64,000 nt of DNA from an uncultured Methanosarcinales archaeon (GCA_964354685.1 CAYHAM010000005.1:9942-73941); one strand, 5' to 3'. Shown: positions 45,670 through 55,615, counted from the stretch's first letter. Translations and numbers: made by a program. Notes: a model not told the origin generated them from the letters alone.

Positions 45670-47541
45670 TTATTTCTTAAAAAACTCTTCCAACCTCTCC
45701 TTATACAGCTTTGTTATTACTATCTTCCATGTTTTTGGGAAGCACCTATAGTAGTGCTGCCAGGAGTAGCGTTCATCCAGGAATATTATAGCACCTCTGT
45801 CTGTCTCAGATCTTATAACCCTGCCTGCATTTTGCATTGCCTTGTTCATTGCAGGGAATACATAGCCATAATCCCATCCTTTGCCGAACTTTTCGTCATA
45901 GTAATCAATAAGAGCTTTTGTTTCCAAATCTGGAACTTGTAATGGCAAGCCTGCAACAACTGCTGCTTTTAGAAAATCTCCTGGCAGGTCAATGCCTTCT
46001 CCAAATGAGCCTGAGACAACTGCTAGCATTACTGCTCCTTGTTTGCTGTATTTTTTGAATTTGTCAAGAAACTCGCGTTTCTCGCGTTTGCTCATGTTTG
46101 ATATTTCTAAGAATGTTGTTTTTTTGCAGAGCCTTGTAAAGGTTTTATCTACCTTATCTCTGATTTCATAGCTAGGAAAATAGATTATTGTGTTACCAGG
46201 GATTGTATTAGCCAAATCTGAGGAAATTTCTGCTATTCTTTTGTATTGCGCTGCATTCCTTTCAGTGTATTTAGTTGTTGTCTCTGGAATTATTAGTGTT
46301 AGCTTGTTCTGCTCTGGAAATGGGCTCTTGTACTCTTGCATTTCTGCGTGCTCAAAGCCAAGAATGTCATTGTACATTGTTATTGGTGTTAATGTTCCGC
46401 TCATTACAATTGTTGAATAGGCATTATCTACAACCTGTTTTGATATCAAGCTTGGGTCAAGGCATCTATAACTCAAGGTTATAAAAGGTTTTTTGAGTTG
46501 TTTTTTGGAGATTATTCTTACAAAGCCAGAATCTTGTCCGAGCCATGCGTCAAGGAATTTTGATATAGAGCCAATATAGCTTTGCTTTTCTGTCTCGCGT
46601 ATGTCATCTGCAACAAATGCAAAGTCTGCTATTAATTGGTTGTATTCAGAGAACTCCTCGATCTCATTAATGAAATCCTGTTTCTTTGTTAGCTTTTCAC
46701 TGTTTTCTAAGCCATGTGCAAGTTCTTCAATTAGGGATTTTATTTTTTCAAGGTTTGATTTTGTTTCTTCATAGCCAAATTTTTTTGCCTCTCGGATTGC
46801 TCTGTCAAGCATGAACGTGGATAAGCGCTGTGTCATTAAATCACGCAATCTAAAAGGCAGGTTGTGGCCTTCATCAACAATTATTATTGATTTTTCTAGC
46901 TCTTTTCCAGTTTTTTTAAAGAATAAGTCTCTTATCTGGGGATTAAAAATATAATAATAATCTGTAATAACAACTAATGAGTCTTTTGCAAGTGCTGTTG
47001 CTAGTTCATATGGGCAGAGCTTTTCTTGTGCACATATTTTTATTAACTTTTCAGAGTGTGTTGGGCTAATCTGTTTAAGCTCTTTTAGAACCTTTTTTGC
47101 ATTTGGTGTTAGTCTTCCCTTTTTTCTTGTATTCAAGTAAAATTCACACTTATCCTCTTCTCTGACTGCTTTACAATAGTCTGCAAACTCGTTTGAGTAG
47201 AGATTTTCCACTCCAGGCACAGCACACATCCATTTTTTGCCAACAATGTCTGTTGTTATAATATCTAAATCATACTTTTCTTTGATTGCCTTCAGTGTTT
47301 CAATTGCAATAAGGTGTTGGGTGTGCCTTGAGGTTAGAAAGAATATTGTTAAATCTTTTTTGGTTGCATGTTTTAGTGCAGGGCTTAGCATTGCAACTGT
47401 TTTTCCTAGTCCTGTTGGAGCATGCACAATAAAGTTTTGTTTTTTTTCTAGGGTTTCATCTACTTTTTTTATAAGCTCATCTTGGGTTTGTCTTATTTTA
47501 GAAAAAGGAAAGAAAAGTTCCTCAAGTTTCTTATCTACCAT
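45670..47541 (-). CDS. xpd: XPD/Rad3-family 5'-3' DNA helicase with FeS domain
   Basis: Walker A HAPTGLGKT. DEAH box VDEGHNL. Four-Cys cluster (C..C..C..C) between motifs I and II. Confidence 0.8.
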   Translation of the reverse strand: MVDKKLEELFFPFSKIRQTQDELIKKVDETLEKKQNFIVHAPTGLGKTVAMLSPALKHATKKDLTIFFLTSRHTQHLIAIETLKAIKEKYDLDIITTDIVGKKWMCAVPGVENLYSNEFADYCKAVREEDKCEFYLNTRKKGRLTPNAKKVLKELKQISPTHSEKLIKICAQEKLCPYELATALAKDSLVVITDYYYIFNPQIRDLFFKKTGKELEKSIIIVDEGHNLPFRLRDLMTQRLSTFMLDRAIREAKKFGYEETKSNLEKIKSLIEELAHGLENSEKLTKKQDFINEIEEFSEYNQLIADFAFVADDIRETEKQSYIGSISKFLDAWLGQDSGFVRIISKKQLKKPFITLSYRCLDPSLISKQVVDNAYSTIVMSGTLTPITMYNDILGFEHAEMQEYKSPFPEQNKLTLIIPETTTKYTERNAAQYKRIAEISSDLANTIPGNTIIYFPSYEIRDKVDKTFTRLCKKTTFLEISNMSKREKREFLDKFKKYSKQGAVMLAVVSGSFGEGIDLPGDFLKAAVVAGLPLQVPDLETKALIDYYDEKFGKGWDYGYVFPAMNKAMQNAGRVIRSETDRGAIIFLDERYSWQHYYRCFPKTWKIVITKLYKERLEEFFKK

Positions 47542-47578
47542 CTAACAAAATAATGAAAGTTGGTATTTAAATCTTTAG

Positions 47579-48295
47579 CTAGTGCTTTGATCTTTCTTTC
47601 AGCTTTTTAGAAATATCTTCCTTTTTTGCCTTGAATTTTTCAGATAGAGTTTGTCTTTGTTCTTTTGTTATTTTGTCAATGTCCTTTGCAGTTTCCTTTG
47701 CAACTTTTATTGTCCTTCCAAGAATATTGTGGTCCCAGAGTACTCCACCCATGTCTTTTATTCTATGTACATTACCATAGCCGTTGAGGTAAACCATGTT
47801 CTCTAATCTTAGTCTGTATGTTGGCTTTGGCTTTTCATCTGGGTATCCAATTGGTAAGATAACCTGGGGGCGTGAGTTGTCTGGTATGCTAAGGGCTCTT
47901 TGTAGTAGGTTTTCCTCAAAAGCCCCCACCCAGCAGGTTGCTAGCCCAAGTGAGTGGGCTGTTAGTATCATATATGTGGCAGCAATAGCACAGTCCTGGA
48001 TTGAGTAAAGCCTTTCTCCCCTAACACCATATTGCCTTTTTATCTTGTCAATATCAGAGCATATTATTATTATGACTGGTGCCTTTGATATCCAATATTG
48101 TTTTAGAGCAGATTCTGCAACCTTTTTCCTGAGCTCTGGCTCTGTTATCACTATGAATTTCCAGTCCTGTACATTGCCAGCAGAGGGCGCAAGCCTACCT
48201 GCCTCTAGTATTTGACTAATCTTTTCCCATTCAACAGGTGAGTCTAGAAACTTTCTAACAGAATGTCGTTCGCTTATGATATCAAAAACATCCAT
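47579..48295 (-). CDS. Nitroreductase-family flavoprotein with C-terminal Lys-rich extension
   Basis: RHSVRKF, then PSAGNVQDWKFIV. Confidence 0.6.
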   Translation of the reverse strand: MDVFDIISERHSVRKFLDSPVEWEKISQILEAGRLAPSAGNVQDWKFIVITEPELRKKVAESALKQYWISKAPVIIIICSDIDKIKRQYGVRGERLYSIQDCAIAATYMILTAHSLGLATCWVGAFEENLLQRALSIPDNSRPQVILPIGYPDEKPKPTYRLRLENMVYLNGYGNVHRIKDMGGVLWDHNILGRTIKVAKETAKDIDKITKEQRQTLSEKFKAKKEDISKKLKERSKH

Positions 48296-48417
48296 AACAG
48301 GAAAATTATCTATCTACAATATATATTTTTTGGTTTTTAATCAGTATTTGGCTTTTTTTAATTATAAGTACTATAATTAATTGATTCAATAAAAAAGTTG
48401 AATAATTAAAAAACTCT

Positions 48418-48846
48418 CTATCCAATTCTTGGGAAGAGATATACTGTCATTATCAGCCCCACCAATAGGCCTATCAAAAACCCTGCTGCAAACTCTCTTA
48501 TGCCACAACCAATGTGCTCTTTTGGGCAAGCCTTTTCTCCAGATGAATGATGTATTTCCTTGATCCTTTTTCTTACCACTTTCAGAGCATCTTTTCTGTT
48601 CTTGGTCTCATGCAACATCAAACTTAGTTCTTTATCTTTGATAATATCTCCAACCCAGTTTGCAAAGTCGTTCCTATCTTCTGTAACATGGTGATTGTAG
48701 CTTTCATCACTCATTATCTCTAGTGCATCTGCCAATTCAAACAGGTTGTTTATCTCAATCTCTGTTTTGTGCAGCTTGAAGGTGTGCTCATTTGGCACAT
48801 CTCTTAGTAGGGGTACAGCATCGTGGCCATGTAGTTTTTCAGTCAT
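48418..48846 (-). CDS. Paralog 1 of a three-member family (conserved L..LA..LE...D..YxHHV...RNDFAxW domain) with C-terminal TM
   Basis: Aligns with 48851 and 49417 ORFs across about 65 aa. Confidence 0.45.
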   Translation of the reverse strand: MTEKLHGHDAVPLLRDVPNEHTFKLHKTEIEINNLFELADALEIMSDESYNHHVTEDRNDFANWVGDIIKDKELSLMLHETKNRKDALKVVRKRIKEIHHSSGEKACPKEHIGCGIREFAAGFLIGLLVGLIMTVYLFPRIG

Positions 48847-48850
48847 GTCC

Positions 48851-49420
48851 TTACCTCTTTTTTCTTTTTTTTATTTTTTTCTTCTTGATTTTTCTAACGA
48901 CTCTCTTTCCTATTTTTCTCTTTAGTCGTTTGCTTGGTTTTTTCTTAATGATCCTTCTTTCTTTTCTAATAGATTTTCTTTTTCTGATTGTTTTTTTAGG
49001 TTTTTTTACCCTTATTTTTTTCTTGGGCTTTTTCATTCCAACCTTTCTCTTTTTAACCTTTTTCTTTGGTCTCTTCTTAACCTTCTTTCTTTTCTTTGCC
49101 AATGTTTTGTATTTTGAAACAATTTCTCTTGATTCTTCAACCTTTTCTTTTATCTTCCTCACCAATGTTTCCTTTGTTTTTATCCTTGATATCTCTCTTG
49201 CAAAATCATTATCACCCACAACATCACGTACCCATGCGCTGAAATCATTTTTGTATTTGTTTACATGGTATCTAAACACATCGTCGTTTACTTCCTCCAA
49301 GGTATTGGCCAATGTGTTCAAGCTCCTTAGATCTTGATTTGTGCACAACCAAAAGCTTTGCTTAGTTGGAACAACGTTGAGCAAATTCTTTGCCCTAGAG
49401 AGATTTATCTTCTTACTCAT
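48851..49420 (-). CDS. Paralog 2, same conserved domain plus a ~100-aa poly-lysine/arginine tail
   Basis: RYHVNKYKNDFSAWV core. KKRKKVKKRPKKK tail. Confidence 0.45.
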   Translation of the reverse strand: MSKKINLSRAKNLLNVVPTKQSFWLCTNQDLRSLNTLANTLEEVNDDVFRYHVNKYKNDFSAWVRDVVGDNDFAREISRIKTKETLVRKIKEKVEESREIVSKYKTLAKKRKKVKKRPKKKVKKRKVGMKKPKKKIRVKKPKKTIRKRKSIRKERRIIKKKPSKRLKRKIGKRVVRKIKKKKIKKRKKR

Positions 49421-49794
49421 TTTATAAACCTCTTAATCATATGCTTCAAAATTTCAATTTGATGCCTTTCCTTTGAGTTAAGTTTTTGAAGCTTTTCAGC
49501 AAGCTCAACCTCTTTGAAGGTCTCCTTTGTCCAGGTTGCGAAATCATTCCTGAATTCATTTACATGGTGGTGGAAGATTTCATCAGTCATCTCGTCCATT
49601 GCTTCTACAAGTTCAAATAAATTTTTTAATGGCCTGCCATCAAGGAGTATAAAGTAGTGCTCTGGTTTTGCGTTTTTTAGTTTAACTCTTGTATTTTTCT
49701 CAGGAGATTTTTCTTTTACTCTCTTTTCAACTTCCTTAACTATTCTCTTCTTTACTTTAGCTTTTTTTATTTTTTCCTCTTTTTTCTTTGTCAT
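49417..49794 (-). CDS. Paralog 3, Lys-rich N-terminus plus the conserved domain
   Basis: HHHVNEFRNDFATW core. 4-nt overlap with paralog 2. Confidence 0.45.
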   Translation of the reverse strand: MTKKKEEKIKKAKVKKRIVKEVEKRVKEKSPEKNTRVKLKNAKPEHYFILLDGRPLKNLFELVEAMDEMTDEIFHHHVNEFRNDFATWTKETFKEVELAEKLQKLNSKERHQIEILKHMIKRFIK

Positions 49795-49804
49795 AAAACC
49801 ACCC

Positions 49805-51034
49805 CTAAGTCAAAGACTTTGCCTCTTCAAAGGCTTTGTTGGTTTCAACTTTTGAATTGTGTTCTTTGAGTCGTATAACCAAATCATTGAATATGTTCAT
49901 AAATGAAATAAAAGCATCATATGGGTTATCATACGGGTTAAAGTATTTGTGAACATCACCATCATTGAACCACTTTGTGCACATATAGTAAAAGTGGTCA
50001 CTAACTTGCAGTTTTCTCCAATCGGCGATTAACTCAGGATTGTTAGTTGCTAAGATTTGTTTTTCAATCATGTAGAGCTCTTTTATTGCTGATTGTTGCA
50101 TGCTATTGCCTAGCCATGCGCTCACATCTCTCTCAACATCTGCCCAAGAGACTATGTTGTGCACATCAAGCTCTGCAACTGTCTCATAATCCTTGATAAG
50201 CTCTGAGGGTGTTTTGAAGTTGTTGTCTGGGTGCCTTAGTAATTCAGGAGGTAAAGCGGACATAAACTTGAATATTCCGGTTGAGGGCCATTGGTGTTCA
50301 CCAAAGGTCTCATAGTCCATGAAGAGGTTTATTGTGTGGCCATTGCCATTTGCAGCATTCAACCATTGAACATATTTTGGAACAGTTAAAGGCCATTCTT
50401 GCCAGCTGCGTTCTGAAAATCTAAAGGCAATGTCATCACTTAGGCGATAGTTTTTGAGTAATAGCTTTATCTTTTCTGTTCCTTTTGGCCTGTATAGAAA
50501 GTTGGGTGAACGCCAACCAAGGATGTGATCTGCACCTTCTGCTAAAATACCTTTATATCCAAGCTTTTCTACAAGCATTGCAAGTTCATTGTTGTAGATG
50601 AGCTCGGTGTTTCTAAAAACCTGAGGGGTTTTTTTGAAGAGTTGTTGTATCCTTTGTCTGTGCATTTTTATTTGATTAACAAACTCCTCTTTTGAGTAAA
50701 GGAATGCAAGTGAATGGTAATATGTCTCATCCAGAATCTCAACATTACCTGTCTTTACCAGCTCTTGGAATGACTGGAGTACATCTGGAGCATGCTCTTC
50801 AAATTGTTCAAGTATTATTCCTGAGAATGAGAAGCTTGCTTTGAAGTTGTATCTGTTAATCAAGCTCATTATGATGTTATTCATCGGGATATAGCATTTT
50901 TTTGCTACTTTTTCTAGTATTGCAAGATTTTTGCTGGTGTCAAAGTAATTGCTGTTGTTGCCAACATCAAACACAGAGTATTTTCTAAGTCTATATGGCT
51001 GGTGAACATGGAAGTAGAAGCATACACTAACCAT
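49805..51034 (-). CDS. Glycoside hydrolase family 57 enzyme (alpha-amylase/glucanotransferase/branching-type)
   Basis: N-terminal FHVHQPYR signature of GH57. Confidence 0.65.
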   Translation of the reverse strand: MVSVCFYFHVHQPYRLRKYSVFDVGNNSNYFDTSKNLAILEKVAKKCYIPMNNIIMSLINRYNFKASFSFSGIILEQFEEHAPDVLQSFQELVKTGNVEILDETYYHSLAFLYSKEEFVNQIKMHRQRIQQLFKKTPQVFRNTELIYNNELAMLVEKLGYKGILAEGADHILGWRSPNFLYRPKGTEKIKLLLKNYRLSDDIAFRFSERSWQEWPLTVPKYVQWLNAANGNGHTINLFMDYETFGEHQWPSTGIFKFMSALPPELLRHPDNNFKTPSELIKDYETVAELDVHNIVSWADVERDVSAWLGNSMQQSAIKELYMIEKQILATNNPELIADWRKLQVSDHFYYMCTKWFNDGDVHKYFNPYDNPYDAFISFMNIFNDLVIRLKEHNSKVETNKAFEEAKSLT

Positions 51035-52223
51035 TGTTCATCACCAACATATGGTTGTAAACATCAATGCATTTTCTTGCTGGCTCATTCCAACCAATTC
51101 CTGTTACTTCAAATGATGCATTCTCCATGAGTGTGTGTGCAAGTGAGGGGTATTTTAAAACACACACTATCTTGTTTGTTAGTTCATTTATGTCCCAGAA
51201 GTCAACTTTCAAGCAGTTTTTGATGACCTCTGAAACTCCAGATTGCTTTGAGATAATTACTGGAGTCCCATTTGCCATTGCCTCTAGAGGTGTTATACCA
51301 AATGGTTCTGATACAGATGGCATCACATAAACATCTGCCATTCTATACACTCTGTCAACATCCTTTCCACGTAAAAACCCTGTGAATAAAACATTTTTGC
51401 TTAGGCCAAGCTCTGCCACTTTGTTTATGATATAAGACTCCATGTCACCAGAGCCTGTAATAACAAACTTCACGTTTGGCATTTGTTCAAGAACCTTTTT
51501 TGCAGCATAGATAAAGTAATCTGGGCCTTTTTGAACAGTGATTCTTCCTAAGAACAAAACTATCTTGTCCTCTTTTTTTATGCCAAAGTCATCTTCAATT
51601 GAATAATTATTTATTTCAACAGCATTGTGAACAACATTTATCTTTTCTGGGTTAATTCCATAGTGGGTTGTTATCTTGTTTTTTGTGAAGTTGCTTACTG
51701 CTATTATTGAATCTGCCTTGTGCATGCCCATTTTCTCAACCTCATAGACAATCTGGTTCACATTGTTGTTAGCTGTCCTATCAAACTCAGTTGCATGAAC
51801 ATGTATTACTAGTGGTTTGTTGGATACTGTTTTTGCATTTATTCCTGCTTGGAATGTCATCCAGTCATGGGCGTGTATTACATCAAAGTCTTCTTGCATT
51901 GCGATTTCAGCTACTCTTTTTGAAAATCTGTAGACCTCTTTGAAGAGATCATAGCCATACATTGAGGATGTGCTTCTTAAGAATGTTTTTTGATAGCCCT
52001 CTGATGTCATGTAACCTCTAATCGGAGAGTCTACTGGAACTATCTTGATGTTTGCTCCTATTAGCTTTACAAACTCTGCCTGTATATTATCCCTGAGCGT
52101 AGGTAATACAAAGGTTATGTCCACTCCTTGGTTTGAAAGGCCTTTTGTGAGGCCATAACAGGCAGTTCCTAAGCCACCTGTTGAATAGGGCGGGAACTCC
52201 CACCCAAGCATTAACACTTTCAC
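51027..52223 (-). CDS. Glycogen-synthase-like glycosyltransferase (GT4/GT5, GlgA-type)
   Basis: KVLMLGWEFPPYSTGGLG N-terminus. C-terminal E-x7-E-type region. Confidence 0.65.
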   Translation of the reverse strand: MKVLMLGWEFPPYSTGGLGTACYGLTKGLSNQGVDITFVLPTLRDNIQAEFVKLIGANIKIVPVDSPIRGYMTSEGYQKTFLRSTSSMYGYDLFKEVYRFSKRVAEIAMQEDFDVIHAHDWMTFQAGINAKTVSNKPLVIHVHATEFDRTANNNVNQIVYEVEKMGMHKADSIIAVSNFTKNKITTHYGINPEKINVVHNAVEINNYSIEDDFGIKKEDKIVLFLGRITVQKGPDYFIYAAKKVLEQMPNVKFVITGSGDMESYIINKVAELGLSKNVLFTGFLRGKDVDRVYRMADVYVMPSVSEPFGITPLEAMANGTPVIISKQSGVSEVIKNCLKVDFWDINELTNKIVCVLKYPSLAHTLMENASFEVTGIGWNEPARKCIDVYNHMLVMNNG

Positions 52224-52369
52224 TCTATCGCCTCTCTTTTAGAGTTATAACTACTTTATTTAAGAAACAGAACTAGCTCATATATAATATTTGTTTATAA
52301 CTAATAAGTGACACAGTTATATTTAAGTTATATATAAAGATAAACAAGGGTCATTAATAAATGTTTGGG

Positions 52370-52990
52370 TTAGTTTTTGTTCAGCTTTTCTAGGATTGGA
52401 ATAATTTCCATTGGGTTGTTGATATTAAAGTTTCCTTTAACATCTTTGTTTTTGTAGATTATTGAGGGCATTCCAGCGTTTTTTGCTGCCAAAGCATCTG
52501 TTTGTGCATCACCAATGTAGATTGCTTCTTCTGGTTTGACACCAAACCTTTTTGAAGCTAACAATAATGACTCTGGATGTGGTTTGTGGTGTTTGACATC
52601 AAAGATTGTAACTGCATGTTCAAAATAATGATCTATTCCAAGGTGCTTGAGTACATTAATAGATACACGGCTTGTAACAATACCTAAATGATAATTTTTT
52701 GAAATTTGCTTTAATAGTTTTTCAACATATGGCTCAAGTTTAACATACTTGTAGAACTTCTTGTAATTTTGCGCACCGTAGTTTTCTATTGATCTAACTT
52801 TTGATGGAGGAAGATCTGGTCTTATTCTTAACGTCTGTTCTTTTATTGAGAGATGGTGTAGTTTTTTGTATTCATCAAGGGTTATACTTGTATTAAAAAA
52901 TTTACCAAAGATGTGTTTATAAAATTCAAAGTTTGCTTTTACTGAGTCAATTAACACCCCATCTATATCAAACAGAACAACTTTTATCAT
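52370..52990 (-). CDS. HAD-superfamily hydrolase (beta-phosphoglucomutase/phosphatase-like)
   Basis: Motif I VLFDIDGVL. Motif IV GDAQTD. Confidence 0.6.
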   Translation of the reverse strand: MIKVVLFDIDGVLIDSVKANFEFYKHIFGKFFNTSITLDEYKKLHHLSIKEQTLRIRPDLPPSKVRSIENYGAQNYKKFYKYVKLEPYVEKLLKQISKNYHLGIVTSRVSINVLKHLGIDHYFEHAVTIFDVKHHKPHPESLLLASKRFGVKPEEAIYIGDAQTDALAAKNAGMPSIIYKNKDVKGNFNINNPMEIIPILEKLNKN

Positions 52991-52992
52991 TT

Positions 52993-55428
52993 TTATTTAA
53001 AGAATTTATCGAGCTTTTTCTGATCAAGGCTTGCTAGCAAGTCTTCTTTTGAGTAGCCAAGAACCTCAAAGATCTTTTCCACTGATGGTATGATTTGGTT
53101 GTTGATGTAGTAATCAGCATCATACTCTCCTTCTCCACATTCTTCTGGGAGTCTTGCTTTGTCACGAATTTTGTCTCCTGTTGAACATATAACATATCTT
53201 ATCATTGTGCCTGGTCCAACATCATAGCCTTGTTGCTTGAGCCTTTTTGCAACTGCAACATGAGGGCCAACTGATTCATACTCTTTTATTGTTTTTTTGA
53301 GCTGGGTGTAAATAATAACCTCTTGGATTGGAATCTTTTTCTTCTTGATCTTGTCAATAACTTCTCTGACATGGTTGAATGCTTTTTGTGTGTTGTTATC
53401 TTTTAAAATTATATTAAGGATTTCCTCTTGTGTGTTCTTTGCAACTTCAGAGATGTTTCTACGCACTGTTTCAAAACCTATTATTTTAATTTTTCCGTCT
53501 TCATTTAGCAGAGCATACTTTTTCTTTGCACCATAGGTGCCAATCTTTGCTGACACAAATATGCCTCTTGGGTAAAGGCCCTCAAACTCAAGCTCCATGA
53601 GCTCTGGTAATTTGAGGTTGAACCCGTCAACAAACTTGATTGCATCTTTCCTTGTTTTTCCGTCAAGGGTTAAGAAGACAGAGTCTGTGTCACCATATAA
53701 TATTTGGAAGCCCTCTTTTTCTGCTTTTTCTATTAGTTGTTTTATGTAGTACCTTCCATATGCTGTTATGCTCTGTGCACACTCAAGACAGTACCATCTT
53801 GCCATAAAGAATCCAAGGTAGCCGTACATTGCGTTTGCTATTGTTTTTAGTGCATATTGTCTTGCAAAGAGTATTTTTGAGTCTTTAGTTTTTGTTATCT
53901 CTTTTATTCTCATTCTTCTTGTTATTAACTCTTCAATAACTGTTGAGATAAATCCCTTCTTTTTTTTGCAGAACCAGTTGTGCTCATCTGGTGGAACATC
54001 CTTTCCTTCACAACACTTGCAGTTCAATGTTTCAGGACTGATATTATGTGTAGTTATTATGCTTGGGTACAAGCTCCTGAAGTCAAGCACAACTATGTCT
54101 TTGTATAAGCCTGGCTTTGGTTTGTACACAAATGCTCCTTTGTATGTTACAGATTTCCTTGCTGTTATCTCTTCATGGGTTGGTTTGTTTGGTACAAGCT
54201 CATTTGAGTATTGACTTCTTTTGATTAAGTACCATTCAACTAGTTGAGAGTAGCCCATACGGCTTATATCATATATTGGTTGGCCAACAACCTTAACAAT
54301 CTCTACTATGTTTGGCAAGAGGTTTGTTGCGAGTTTGTGTGTTAGCTCTGCGTCTGTTAGGTTGTATTCGCAGAATTTGTCTAGATTCTCTGGTTTTTTG
54401 TCAAATACCTCATGTAGCTTGTCAATGTCAACATTCTCTTTTGTTTGGTCTAGTAGCTCTTTTGAAACAGAGTTAAGGTCATATGTTGGTGTTTCTAATG
54501 TCACTGCAAAAACACGTCTTATAAATTGGAAGATGTCTAGATACACTATTCCTGTTATTCTTGCATTTATGTCTCCTATTCTGTCAATTTCCAACTCTGA
54601 GTAGTCTAGGCCTAAGTCAAGTTTTATGTTGTTCTTGCTTGCCCTTTTTTCAATGTATGGTAAGTCAAAACCGTCTGAGAAGTATCCTGTTAATATGTCT
54701 GGTTTGTATTTTTCTATAGACTCTTTGAATTTTGTTATTAACTGAGCCTCGTTCTCTACTGGCTCAACATAATCTAGCTTTGTTTTGAATTTTTTTGAGA
54801 CAAATACCTTCTCGAAACCTTTGCCATAAAGCGCAATCATCACAATAGGGTTTTCTTCTGGAAGCATTTGTTTTCCCAGTGGGTTGTAGGTTTCAATATC
54901 AAGTGCGAGGATTTTTAGGTCATTAATTATTTCAGTTGATGTTTGGGTTATTGAGTCAGCGTTTATAACAGAGACTTTTGATTTTTGGTTTACAAATTCT
55001 CCTTCAACCTCTGTGAGGACCATTGGTGTAATGTTTTTGTCAATTAGGTAGCGTCTTGTGAATAAGATATCAGACTCATATGCTTGGAAGTGGTCTTTGA
55101 GGTGGTTTCTTATTGTTGGAATGTCTTGAGGGAATCTTGTGTATGCTTTAATTAGTTTGAGCTTTTTGCCATTATATCTTTTTTCAACAATCTCTGTTTT
55201 TGTTATTGTTACTTTTCTTTCTCTTTTTTCTATACTCAAAGTTTTAAGTGTTTTTGATGCTTCCTCTGCATCTTTTTGTTTTGAATAAACATATAGGTAT
55301 GGCTCAAAGTTTGAATCCTGTACACAAATCTGTTTGTCATCGGTTGTTCTCCCATATAGCTGAACAACTGTTTTTTCTCCTAATGTCTTGTATACTATGT
55401 CAATTGGATAGAAGCTTATTTTGGGCAT
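52993..55428 (-). CDS. polB: Family B DNA polymerase
   Basis: Exo I LALDIET. Motif A DFRSLYPSII. Motif C YGDTDS. Confidence 0.9.
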   Translation of the reverse strand: MPKISFYPIDIVYKTLGEKTVVQLYGRTTDDKQICVQDSNFEPYLYVYSKQKDAEEASKTLKTLSIEKRERKVTITKTEIVEKRYNGKKLKLIKAYTRFPQDIPTIRNHLKDHFQAYESDILFTRRYLIDKNITPMVLTEVEGEFVNQKSKVSVINADSITQTSTEIINDLKILALDIETYNPLGKQMLPEENPIVMIALYGKGFEKVFVSKKFKTKLDYVEPVENEAQLITKFKESIEKYKPDILTGYFSDGFDLPYIEKRASKNNIKLDLGLDYSELEIDRIGDINARITGIVYLDIFQFIRRVFAVTLETPTYDLNSVSKELLDQTKENVDIDKLHEVFDKKPENLDKFCEYNLTDAELTHKLATNLLPNIVEIVKVVGQPIYDISRMGYSQLVEWYLIKRSQYSNELVPNKPTHEEITARKSVTYKGAFVYKPKPGLYKDIVVLDFRSLYPSIITTHNISPETLNCKCCEGKDVPPDEHNWFCKKKKGFISTVIEELITRRMRIKEITKTKDSKILFARQYALKTIANAMYGYLGFFMARWYCLECAQSITAYGRYYIKQLIEKAEKEGFQILYGDTDSVFLTLDGKTRKDAIKFVDGFNLKLPELMELEFEGLYPRGIFVSAKIGTYGAKKKYALLNEDGKIKIIGFETVRRNISEVAKNTQEEILNIILKDNNTQKAFNHVREVIDKIKKKKIPIQEVIIYTQLKKTIKEYESVGPHVAVAKRLKQQGYDVGPGTMIRYVICSTGDKIRDKARLPEECGEGEYDADYYINNQIIPSVEKIFEVLGYSKEDLLASLDQKKLDKFFK

Positions 55429-55569
55429 TGTAGTGTCAATATAAAGTTTAAAAGTTTATAAACCTTGCTGTGTGTGGATATATGAAAATGTTACTTTTAT
55501 TATTATAATAATTAGCGATGTTGCTATTAAAATACTCATTTTTATTACAAAATTATTACAAAAATTATA

Positions 55570-55615
55570 ATTAACGAGTTGCCAGTGTTCAATCGCATAA
55601 AAGGCAACTCGTGGT
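55570..55615 (+). repeat. Hairpin element copy G, preceded by half-copy at 55512..55530 (TTAGCGATGTTGCTATT)
   Basis: TTAACGAGTTGCCAGTGTTCAATCGCATAAAAGGCAACTCGTGGTG. Confidence 0.7.
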
